From an uncultured Chloroflexia bacterium (GTDB lineage: Bacteria; Chloroflexota; Anaerolineae; Anaerolineales; Anaerolineaceae): a stretch of 64,000 nt of DNA. The stretch lies in contig CAWAGA010000002.1 of assembly GCA_963781665.1 (NCBI GenBank), forward strand, positions 5,126,138 to 5,190,137, given 5' to 3'. The notes below the pieces were generated by a model. It was given only the letters and a program-made list of their open reading frames with translations, was not told where the DNA came from and ran no database searches. The translations under genes were made by a program, and so were the position numbers. Below, in pieces: positions 18,517-27,476 of this stretch (positions are counted from its first letter, which is position 1; each line of letters begins with the position of its first letter).

Positions 18517-19570
18517 CTAGCCGTCTTTGACGCTGAAATAAGCGCGCATATTTTCAATCGGGATGTTATGAGGCAGGTCGCCGCCGCTGTGCAGGAAAAA
18601 TCCACCTGCCGATCGAACTTTTTTCAGGCACGATTTCACCTCGTTAACGACATCTGCGGGTGTTCCTAATGTCAAAATATTGGTATTAATCCCCCCTGCC
18701 AGGAAAATGCGGTTCCCAAAACGACCGGCAATTTTCTCCAAATCCATCAAAGGAGAATTGATCACGAATCCATCAAAACCAATCGATACCAGATCATCCA
18801 GTACGGGAGAAAAATTGCCATCTGAAACGAAGGCCAGCTTGACATCTTTTCGAGCTTTTAACCGGTTCGATGATGTATTCATAAAGAGGGAACAGGTTTT
18901 TCCGGTACCATTTCGGATTAAATACCATTCCGCGCTCCATGGCGATATCATCATGCATGAATATTAAGTCAGTGTCCTCCTGAGCCCACATGGTCATATT
19001 CCGCCGTGATACTTCGGCAAAGCCTTCCAAAACTTTTCGAAAGCGTTCCGGTTCACTCGCAGCTGTCGCCAGGAATAATTCCCAATTAAAAATCATGATA
19101 CCGAATTGAAAGAGGGTTGTGTAATAAATTCCAGATACAATGGCTGAATCACCCAGCAGTTTTTGATCTGCACGACATCGATTGATTTGCTGCTGGTTAT
19201 ATTCCCGAGTCACCAATTTCTCGCTGATGGAATTTTCGACCGGATCGAATGCCAGGACGCTATCCGAATCGAAAAACTGATATTCTTCACGCCAGGCGCT
19301 GCCGGACAATCCCCATTCTGTATAAACCGTGCCATCCTCGCCATGGAAACTCGATTTATTTTCATCGATTTTGATGCAACGATCTGGAAGCCCAATAACC
19401 CAATCGATATCCAACGCCTTGTATGAATCGACGTACGCTTGTAAGGGCTTTTCCCATGGGTTGTACCCAATCACTTCTTCCATAAACTGGGGATGGTCCA
19501 GGTTTTCCAGATGAGCAATTCCCTGGATGGGATCTAAATTAATTGTCTGCAATGCACGCTGGTAGCTCAT
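18517..19570 (-). pseudogene. Uroporphyrinogen-decarboxylase (URO-D) family protein, one frameshift
   Basis: Track ORFs 18794..19570 and 18517..18954 join as ...LFPLYEYIIEPVK/ARKDVKLAFVSDGNFSPVLDDLVSIGFDGFVINSP... if one base of the T4 run at 18856-18859 is removed. The C-terminal part (GGINTNILTLGTPADVVNEVKSCL...GGFFLHSGGDLPHNIPIENM) is typical of the URO-D/MtaA-like family. Confidence 0.7.
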
Positions 19571-20052
19571 TGATTTCTCCCGTTATATGCATTTTCAATC
19601 GCGCGATAATTATAAGTCGTTGTGAATAGAACCAGGAGGCATTCAGGGGGCAGAAGTCCCATTAGCTATTCCAGCCTGGTTCGAAACCGGGCGCCTGTAC
19701 CAGCGCGGTTACCAGCCCGGTAACGGAAGTTGGTTTTACCCGAAGTACGTTCAGAATAAAACCCACCTGCTGCGATTTGAATCTGAAAACCTGGTGTTCG
19801 AAGTCAATTCTCACGGTGATGCTGAAAAACTGATCCTGGATTTTGCTTCAACCTTGGCTGCTCCAAAAGCCTTCTTCCTGGGAGCTTTTCTTAAAAATGA
19901 GCATACTCTTGAGAATCGAGTTCTTCACATTCTGATCTTCTTGACCCTGCACAGCCGGTGATTGCACCCAACAGTATAGGCTGGTTTTGGAGAGATTCAA
20001 TCTTTGAAGACAGCCAGGTGCAGCCTGTGCGATCATCAGTACCCGTGAATTT

Positions 20053-20064
20053 GGGGGGGGGGGG
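20053..20064. repeat. G12 homopolymer tract (intergenic)
   Basis: Direct reading: ...gtgaatttGGGGGGGGGGGGacgatt..., about 170 nt upstream of the FMN-bind gene start. Confidence 0.95.
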
Positions 20065-20232
20065 ACGATTGTTCATAAGCCGAGTTGACCTTGAATGCTC
20101 TTTGGTCTTTAAGACCAATGTGGACCGTTAGAAGGGGGAAAAACTTTAATCAATCCTTAATCGACAAATTTTCTAATATTCATCCGATTGTCATTTTATT
20201 TTGTTATCGTTTTATTAATAAGGTATTTCACT

Positions 20233-20867
20233 ATGAGACAACAGAATTCTTCTTCACACAATCCACAAAGATGGTTCTTTAGGAAGCTGCTATTATCAGC
20301 CTTTTTTGTATTTTCATTTGTCGCCTACTCCATCCATAAACCGCTGGCAAACTCTGGGAACCGCTAAGCCAGATACCACCCCTTACCGCACCCCAGGTAA
20401 CCCAAACGGCATCTTCTTCGGTCAACGGCAGTGCAGCAGCCGCGGCAGGGGACCCGCCGGCAAGTGCAGTCACCTCACTTAATGATCCTCCGGCGACTGC
20501 CACCGCACCAGTTGCGGCAGTTCCAACTGCAGTCCCCCCGACCGCGACCGTTCCCGCCGCTCCGACAGCCGTCGCCCAGGGACAATATAAAAATGGGACG
20601 TACACCGGCCCATCGGTTAACGTCTTCGTCGGTAATGTCCAGGTGCAGGTCGTCATTCAGAATGGCAAGATCGCCAACGTGCAGTTCGTGCAATATCCGA
20701 ATGACCGCCAGACATCGGTCCGGATCAATTCAATCGCCATGCCGTATCTGCAGCAAGAAGCCCTTCAGACCCAGAGCGCCAACGTCAATATCATCTCTGG
20801 GGCCACATTGACCAGCCAGGGTTTTATCTACTCCTTGCAGTCAGCTCTGACACAAGCCCATAACTAA
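20233..20867 (+). pseudogene. Membrane-anchored FMN-binding domain protein, one frameshift as sequenced
   Basis: ATG 20233 gives a TM anchor (MRQQNSSSHNPQRWFFRKLLLSAFFVFSFVAYSIHK...) and stops at 20365. The frame open from 20340 continues with an Ala/Pro/Thr linker. That frame then gives an FMN_bind domain (YKNGTYTGPSVNVFVGNVQVQVVIQNGKIANVQFVQYPND...NVNIISGATLTSQGFIYSLQSAL) containing the SGAT flavinylation motif. Confidence 0.75.
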
Positions 20868-20891
20868 TTATGAAAGAGAACTCGCATTATC

Positions 20892-21617
20892 ATGGGTATG
20901 CCAGTTACACTCGAAATTGTCGATCGTGGGGTTTCAAACGATCACCTCGAATCCCTATTCAATTATTTTACCTACGTCGACGAGAAATTCAGCACGTACA
21001 AAGAAACCAGTGAGATTTCTGCGATCAACAGGCACGAACTTGCTTTGGAAGAATCCAGCGACGACATGCAGACCATCTTAGCCCTCGCTGAAGAAATGCG
21101 ATTAACAACCGGTGGATACTTCGATATCTGGCATGCCGGGAAATACGATCCATCCGGGTTGGTTAAAGGCTGGGCGATTGCGAATGCAGCCCAGATGGCC
21201 AAAGAAATGGGGTTCCGAAATTATTACGTCGAAGCCAGCGGGGATTTCCAGGTTAGCGGGAAGAATGCTCAGGGTCAGGATTGGCGGGTTGGGATCCGCA
21301 ATCCCTTCAATTTCGACGAGATCGTCAAGGTTTTATCGATCACTGATAGCGGCGTAGCCACTTCTGGCACTTATATCCGTGGGGAACACATTTATAACCC
21401 GCGTAACGGCGACCGTGCGGCTGCTGACATACTTAGCATCACCGTCATCGGCGCCGATATTTATTCTGTCGATTGTTTTGCGACATCCGCCTTTGCAATG
21501 GGAAAGGCTGGTATTAATTTTATCGAAAACCTGGACGGTTACGAGGGATATATGATCGATCACGACCACCGGGCAACATTTACCAGCGGTTTTTCGAGGT
21601 ACGTTTGCAATGATTAA
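20892..21617 (+). CDS. apbE: FAD:protein FMN transferase (ApbE family), minimal 241-aa form without signal peptide
   Basis: MGMPVTLEIV...FSTYKETSEISAINR...GGYFDI...DPSGLVKGWAIANAA...WRVGIRNPF...VATSGTYIRGEHIYNPRNGD...SITVIGADIYSVDCFATSAFAMG are the conserved ApbE blocks. Confidence 0.85.
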   Translation: MGMPVTLEIVDRGVSNDHLESLFNYFTYVDEKFSTYKETSEISAINRHELALEESSDDMQTILALAEEMRLTTGGYFDIWHAGKYDPSGLVKGWAIANAAQMAKEMGFRNYYVEASGDFQVSGKNAQGQDWRVGIRNPFNFDEIVKVLSITDSGVATSGTYIRGEHIYNPRNGDRAAADILSITVIGADIYSVDCFATSAFAMGKAGINFIENLDGYEGYMIDHDHRATFTSGFSRYVCND

Positions 21618-23131
21618 AGCTATCGATCAATTCCTTAACCGTATCACGATGTACCGCCTGGTTTCTTATTACCTGGTTTTTTTACTGGTCGCGGCCTTGA
21701 TCATGGATTTCACCGGCATTCAATCCTACGACCCGTTTGCCCTCCTATTTTCAACCGCATTCTTATTGGTCGTTTCACTATTCACCAACTGGGTATTTTC
21801 CAAGGTTTTTCGCATTCCGGTAAACGTCGAGTTCGTCTTACATCACTGCCCTGATTCTGGCGTTGATCATTTCACCGATCCAATCTTACAATGATCTATG
21901 GTTCCTGGGCTGGGCGGCGGTACTGGCAATGGCATCGAAATATATCGTAGCCATCAGGGGGAAGCACATATTCAACCCGGCCGCTTTCGCAGTGACCATA
22001 ACCTATTTCACCATCAACCAGTCAGCAAGCTGGTGGGTAGGAAACGCCCAGATGCTGCCTTTCGTTTTGATAGGCGGTCTGTTAATCGTACGCAAGATCC
22101 GAAGGTTTGACCTGGTCGTAAGTTTCTTGCTTGCCACCCTGGTAATCACCCCGGTTGCAAGCCTGATCAGCCAAACGAACCCCCTGGCAGCACTCGAAGG
22201 CGCGGTCCTGTATTCTCCGTTAGTGTTTTTCGCATTCATTATGTTAACCGAGCCGTTGACGGCTCCGGCGACCCACAAAATGCGGATCTACTACGCCATC
22301 CTGGTGGCATTCTTGTTCACCCCGCTGGTGCACTTTGGCTCGTTTTATACCACCCCTGAGCTGGCACTATTAATCGGAAATATATTCTCTTTCATCGTCA
22401 GCCCCAAGCGCAACCTGGTGCTCAAACTTAAGGAAAAAGTGCGGCTTGCGCCTGATATCTACGAATTCGTGTTTTCGCCCAACAGGAAGTTGGCTTTCCA
22501 GGCTGGGCAGTATATGGAATGGACCCTGGGTCACGAAGACTCCGACAGCCGAGGCAACCGCCGTTATTTCACCCTGGCCTCTGCCCCGACGGAGCAGGTG
22601 CTCAAATTAGGCGTAAAATTCCACGAAAACTCGAGTTCTTTTAAGAAATCGCTGCTATCGATTAACTCAGACCACGAGATCGTCGCATCCCAGGTAGCCG
22701 GTGATTTTGTGCTGCCAGCGAACCACAAGCAGAAATGCGTATTCATCGCCGGTGGGATCGGCATTACCCCCTTCCGCAGCATGATTAAATACATGCTCGA
22801 TACCCACCAACGCCGGCCGGTGATGCTCTTTTACGCTAACCGCAATGCAAATGAGATCGTCTATAAAGATATCTTCGATCGTGCTGAAAAGGAGTTGGGG
22901 ATTAAAACCATTTACACTCTCACCGATTCGCATAAACTTCCCGCAGGTTGGAAAGGGCAGGTGGGGCGAATAAAAGGCGATTGGATCAAGAAAGCCGTTC
23001 CTGGATACCGGACCAGTGTGTTCTACATATCAGGACCGATGAGCATGATCAATTCGGTTGTCGAGAGCCTGCACGAGCTAGGTATAAAGAACTCGCAGAT
23101 AAAGACCGATTATTTTCCGGGCATCATTTAA
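21610..23131 (+). pseudogene. RnfD/NqrB-like membrane domain fused to ferredoxin-NADP-reductase-type FAD/NAD(P)-binding module, one frameshift
   Basis: Track ORFs 21610..21894 and 21863..23131 join as ...FRIPVNVE/SSYITALILALIISPIQS... by removing one base near 21832. The membrane part has TEPLTAP and HIFNPAAF motifs. The C-terminal part has RRYFTLAS (FAD), GGIGITPFRSM (NAD) and YISGP. Confidence 0.75.
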
Positions 23132-23879
23132 CGGCTGGTCTGCTGAAAGTGCTGACCTGGGCTTTAACCAGGGCAATCCCCAGGGTTGTCAATTCCTCGA
23201 CGGCTTCGGGGATCATGGTACCGGCGCTGGCGACATAAACACCCTGGGGACAAAACATTACCGCTAGCTGCCCGAATATCTGATTATCGGTTTGGATGGT
23301 CTTGAGCGGGTAGCGATAAGCCCAATCGACCAGGGGAGCGATAACCCAGGGATTGACAATCTGCCTGGCAATATAATCCGAGCTGGCAAAAACCGAAAAA
23401 CTTATCTCCAGGTTCTGGTCCAGGCTTGTAATGAATTGAGCCCCATCCAGATTGAGGGTATATTCAACTCCAAAACCATAAACTGACAGCGCCTGGTGCA
23501 TCATCATCTTTCCTAAGCCAGCAAAAAAGCCGCTGGCTGAAGAACCCTGCCCTTTTACCTTTTGAGTGATATATAAAAACTCTCCAGCGGTGCAGAAATC
23601 CGAGGAAAACCAGCGCGTGACTGGCATAGCCCCATAAGAACGGGTTTGCAGCAACCAATGAACCCCTTCGGTCAGATGCTCGGTTTCTTCGCTTCCGGTC
23701 ATGCTTTCTTGCTGCTGTTGAAATTGAGCCTGGGCTATTTGAGAGCCCATTTTTATCATCCCACCAATACCCATCTCGCTTCCACTGACCCCAATCACCG
23801 TCCTTAGTTTTTCGACTTTCTTTATTTTAACGAAATGAACCGCTGGTATACGTCGAACGAAAAGGAACCGATTGGCCAT
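23124..23879 (-). CDS. Hypothetical protein, start uncertain
   Basis: 251-aa ORF with no recognisable motif. It overlaps the upstream ORF by 53 nt, so a downstream Met (MGIGGMIKMGSQ) may be the real start. Its 3' end overlaps the convergent oxidoreductase gene by 8 nt. Confidence 0.4.
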   Translation of the reverse strand: MANRFLFVRRIPAVHFVKIKKVEKLRTVIGVSGSEMGIGGMIKMGSQIAQAQFQQQQESMTGSEETEHLTEGVHWLLQTRSYGAMPVTRWFSSDFCTAGEFLYITQKVKGQGSSASGFFAGLGKMMMHQALSVYGFGVEYTLNLDGAQFITSLDQNLEISFSVFASSDYIARQIVNPWVIAPLVDWAYRYPLKTIQTDNQIFGQLAVMFCPQGVYVASAGTMIPEAVEELTTLGIALVKAQVSTFSRPAVK

Positions 23880-24279
23880 CCTTCATAACTACCACAATGC
23901 GATAGGTGGGCTGATTGTCTCCAGAGGTTGACCCGGCCCTTGTCGAATGCATTTCAAGCTCGATAGCTGCGATCTGCGAGAATGGAATCTCTCTTTTATG
24001 CTTTTTGACGAGCGAACGGGAATCCAGGGTGAGCACCTGGGTTACCCGATCGGCAGTGATGGTAAGAACACTGCTGATTGACAGCAATCCCAGGCCGATC
24101 AGTATCGTTGCAAGCACGAGGAGCACCACGATCGGATCCAACCCATTCAGCATGGACGGCACGAAAACGATCCCGATAATCAGGAAGACCAATCCAATAA
24201 AGCCACTGATAAGCGGGTATTCCTTCATGACCAGGTTCAAATCTTGATTATTCATTTTTCCCTCCATCACCTTGTGCAT
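23827..24279 (-). CDS. Hypothetical two-TM membrane protein with small C-terminal soluble domain
   Basis: 150-aa ORF with two hydrophobic segments: ISGFIGLVFLIIGIVFVP and IVVLLVLATILIGLGLLSISSVL. Confidence 0.45.
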   Translation of the reverse strand: MHKVMEGKMNNQDLNLVMKEYPLISGFIGLVFLIIGIVFVPSMLNGLDPIVVLLVLATILIGLGLLSISSVLTITADRVTQVLTLDSRSLVKKHKREIPFSQIAAIELEMHSTRAGSTSGDNQPTYRIVVVMKDGQSVPFRSTYTSGSFR

Positions 24280-25340
24280 TTTGAAAGAAGCCAGCGTACC
24301 ATTCCAGGTATTCTCTAACGTGAGATTGCCAATAGGCTTCGGTGTGATTACCCGGCTGTACGAGCCATCCGTGGGGGATACCCAGGTGGGTCAACTGCTG
24401 TTCAAATTCGGCCGCATTCGGAAGATAAATATCATTTTGCCCGATGTCCAGATATATTTGGGGAAGCTCGCCGGCAGGAATTTGGGCCTGCCAATTAATC
24501 AGATTTATAAAATCACCGATGAATGGAACCGGTGAATGGCCTCCGATCGCGCCGAAGAGCTGCCAGTGGGTAAAGCCCAGGTGGATCGCCCAGGCACCTC
24601 CCCGGGAAAGGCCACCGATCGCCCGGCATTCTCGCTTGAGGCAGGTGTGGTAGGTCTGATCGACCCAGGGGATCAATTCATCTACTATCGCTTTATCGAA
24701 CCCGGAGGTGAATGGATAGGCATAGGAGTCTTTTTCAAAAGGCATTATGATCAAAAATGGAGCGATCGAACCATTAGAAATCAGATCATCGGCCTTGCTG
24801 GTCATACCCAGGTTTACCCACTGGTCTTGGGTGAATGTCTGGCCATGAAGCATATAGAGGACAGGATACCCGCCAGCAGCATCAGGGGCATAACAAGGCG
24901 GTAAATAGACATTGAACTGCAAAGGATGCCCCATTGCGATTGAAATCAATGCTGCCCGATGAGACCATACCTTTCAGGTCCTGGCATCCTGGCGTAGGTG
25001 AAGGTTCTGGGGATGGCGTTGCGGTTGTAGTTGGCAGCCCACTGAGGGAACTAGCGACTTCAGTGATGGCGTCGTCCGCTTGCAGCGTAGCCGTAGAAGG
25101 TTGAAATGCCGTTGGGACAGCAGTCTGGGTAAATGTAGATGTACCTGGTTGAGAGTATGGATTGACGTCAGGAGACGCTTGAATTTGGCAAGCCGATAGT
25201 CCCAATAGAACCCAAAGCAGCCCGTTGATGGTAAGAAAAGCCTTTGCGAAAGATCGTCTACACAAACTGGTCTCGAAGTGAATGGATACAATTATTATAC
25301 CCGCCAACAAAAAATAGCAAGAAAGGAATGCCTCATTCAA
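24248..25340 (-). pseudogene. Lipoprotein esterase (putative esterase/alpha-beta hydrolase family), one frameshift
   Basis: Track ORF 24882..25340 supplies the signal, lipobox (LLGLSAC) and PT linker. ORF 24248..24949 supplies the esterase (PLQFNVYLPPCY..YPVLYMLHGQ..GGLSRGG). The two join near the A3 run at 24943-24945 (..GMVSSGSI/SIAMGHPLQF..). Confidence 0.7.
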
Positions 25341-25482
25341 AAATACCAGGTTGAAGTCAGGATTATGTCACCTGTGCAAAATTTGAATGGCGTTTAAGCA
25401 TTCTGCTTAAATGAAGGCGACGCTGCTGAGTGAGGAGATAAATGTTTAAGCTTAACAAATGGGCAAAGTGGGGGTAATCTGC

Positions 25483-25511
25483 TTGTAAATTGAGTGTAAT
25501 TACCGTATACT
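25483..25511 (+). promoter_or_regulatory. Candidate sigma-70-type promoter of the dcw cluster
   Basis: TTGTAA (25483-25488), a 17-nt spacer, then TATACT (25506-25511), about 95 nt upstream of the mraZ ATG. Confidence 0.35.
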
Positions 25512-25521
25512 GTGTATATTC

Positions 25522-25556
25522 GTGTGGTTTTATGGGTAAAAGTGGGATAATGTGGT
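25522..25556 (+). promoter_or_regulatory. Phased TGG(G) direct repeats, candidate MraZ operator
   Basis: GTGTGG 25522-27, ATGGG 25532-36, GTGGG 25542-46 and GTGG 25552-55 are spaced about 10 bp apart. A further pair lies at 25460-63 and 25468-74. The pattern resembles the TGGGN repeats bound by E. coli MraZ. Confidence 0.45.
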
Positions 25557-25605
25557 ACACCGGAATTTTGTCCGGCGTGCTGCATGAATGGGAGAACTAG
25601 AACAG

Positions 25606-26002
25606 ATGTTCCTGGGGCATTACGATCACACCATCGATGACAAAGGACGTTTGACCGTACCGGCACGTTTCCGTGATCTATTGGTTAATGGCGCCTTCAT
25701 CACTCTGGGATTTGATCGCAATTTGATCGTAATGACCTCCTCGATGTTTGATGACTTTTCGAGCCGGCTGGACAAGATGAACATGACCAATCCGGCAAGC
25801 CGCTCTTTACGACGTATGATCTTATCGTTTGCTGAACGCATGGAAATGGATCGAGTTGGTAGGATATTACTTCCACAATTTCTGCGCGATCAGGCCTCAT
25901 CTGGTCGCTAATGCAATCATCGCAGGTGTGGGCGATTATTTTGAAATCTGGTCGCCCGAATTGTGGGCCAAACAAATTGCACTTCTCCAGGACCCGAAAT
26001 AA
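25606..26002 (+). pseudogene. mraZ: Transcriptional regulator MraZ, one frameshift
   Basis: MFLGHYDHTIDDKGRLTVPARFRDLL...GRILLPQFLRDQA, then a stop at 25909. The shifted frame continues ANAIIAGVGDYFEIWSPELWAKQIALLQDPK* (the second SpoVT-AbrB repeat). The break lies between about 25897 and 25907. Confidence 0.8.
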
Positions 26003-26036
26003 ATGCACAACGATATGCCGCTCTCGATTTATCCGT

Positions 26037-26973
26037 ATGATGTTTTATGACCCAATATCGGTCACAACCCTGTACTTTACAATGAAACTTTAAATGCGAT
26101 TCACCCAATCAGTTCAGGTTTTTACGTTGATGGGACGGTTGGAGCAGGTGGGCATGCATGGGGTATCCTCGACGCTAGTCGGCCAGACGGAAAGTTGCTT
26201 GGCCTTGATGTCGACCCGGTGGCGCTGGGAATTGCCTCACAAAAGCTAGCTGAATTCGGACAGCGCTTCAGCTTGATCCAGGGATCTTATTCAGATCTGG
26301 AGCACACACGTCAAAAGCTTGGGGTGGGGTCCGGTCGAAGGGATCCTGCTCGACCTGGGAGCTTCATCCATGCAGTTCGACTACCCCACAACGCGGCTTT
26401 TCTTTTCAGGTTGAAGGGCCTTTGGACATGCGGTTCGATCCAACTGCCGAAATTCAGGCAGCCGACCTGGTCAACAACCTGATAGAAAGTGAATTAGCTA
26501 ACCTGATCTGGCGCTTTGGCGAAGAACCTCAAGCGCGAAGAATTGCCCAGGCGATTGTCCGTTCCAGGCCTCACAAAACGACAACCCACCTGGCCGAGGT
26601 CATCGCAAGAGCAGCCGGCAGGAGGCGAAGTAAATTGCATCCTGCCACGCTCACCTTTCAAGCCTTACGGATCGCCGTCAACCAGGAGCTTCAAGCACTA
26701 GAAACCGTCTTGCCCATAGCTGTGAACACCCTGGAGCGAGGGGGAAGGTTAGCGGTAATTTCGTTTCATTCTTTAGAGGACAGACTGGTCAAGCGGTACT
26801 TTTTACGAGAAAGCAGAGACTGCATCTGTCCTCCAGAACAACCAATATGTAACTGTGGGCACGAAGCCAGTATCAATTTGGTCACCCGCCACCCAATTAA
26901 GCCCACTCTTCGTGAAACACAAGAAAATCCTCGGGCGCGCAGTGCTCGCCTACGGGTTGTTGAAAAATTGTAA
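26037..26973 (+). pseudogene. rsmH: 16S rRNA (cytosine1402-N4)-methyltransferase RsmH, three frameshifts
   Basis: Conserved blocks lie in successive frames. First: HNPVLYNETLNAIHP..YVDGTVGAGGHAWGIL..LLGLDVDPVAL. Second: VEGILLDLGASSMQFDYP. Third: RGFSFQVEGPLDMRFDP...HPATLTFQALRIAVNQEL..AVISFHSLEDRLVKRYF..NPRARSARLRVVEK. The breaks are near 26055, 26330 and 26388, and the start codon is uncertain (ATG 26037/26047). Confidence 0.85.
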
Positions 26974-27002
26974 ATGGCACGACTTTTGCATGGAATCTAT
27001 CG

Positions 27003-27476
27003 ATGAAGCCTAAAACAATGCAAGCATACCAACAAGCTCCTTGGCGGATCCAGGTACAATGGATCGGCTTATTCTTGCTTATCCTCTTACTGGTTGCTTC
27101 GATCTCAGGCGTTTACCTGAGTGTCAGCGCAAATGCAGCCACTGCTGGTCGCCAAATCCAATTCCTGCAAGCCCAAATGGACAGTGATTCATTGGAAATT
27201 GCCAATTTGAACTCACAGCTGGCCTCGCTGACGTCTTCCGCTCAAATGGATAAACGGGCAGCCGATCTGGGTTTTTTAGCAGTGGATGCAGAGAGTCAGA
27301 CGTATGTGATGGTGCCGGGATACACAGCCCGTGACACTGCTGAAATCGCGCCGCAGCTGGACCAGGTGATGATCCAACCGCCGTTGATCCAACCCGGCTA
27401 TACCCAATCGCTGTGGGAGTGGATCATGCAAATGATCACAACCGCTCAAACTGCCCAAGACCAGGTGCCAAAATGA
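27003..27476 (+). CDS. FtsL-like bitopic cell-division protein
   Basis: 157 aa with a single TM (WIGLFLLILLLVASISGVYLSV), then a coiled-coil-like region. It sits between rsmH and the PBP gene, as ftsL does, and shares an ATGA overlap with the next gene. Confidence 0.55.
   Translation: MKPKTMQAYQQAPWRIQVQWIGLFLLILLLVASISGVYLSVSANAATAGRQIQFLQAQMDSDSLEIANLNSQLASLTSSAQMDKRAADLGFLAVDAESQTYVMVPGYTARDTAEIAPQLDQVMIQPPLIQPGYTQSLWEWIMQMITTAQTAQDQVPK

Noticed and set aside
19675-19702. tRNA-like 3' end: CCTGGTTCGAAACCGGGCGCCTGTACCA, resembling a T-arm plus acceptor plus CCA.
   Set aside because: There is no matching 5' acceptor strand, D-arm or anticodon arm upstream. The segment lies inside an open frame that translates to a plausible protein fragment (PAWFETGRLYQRGY).
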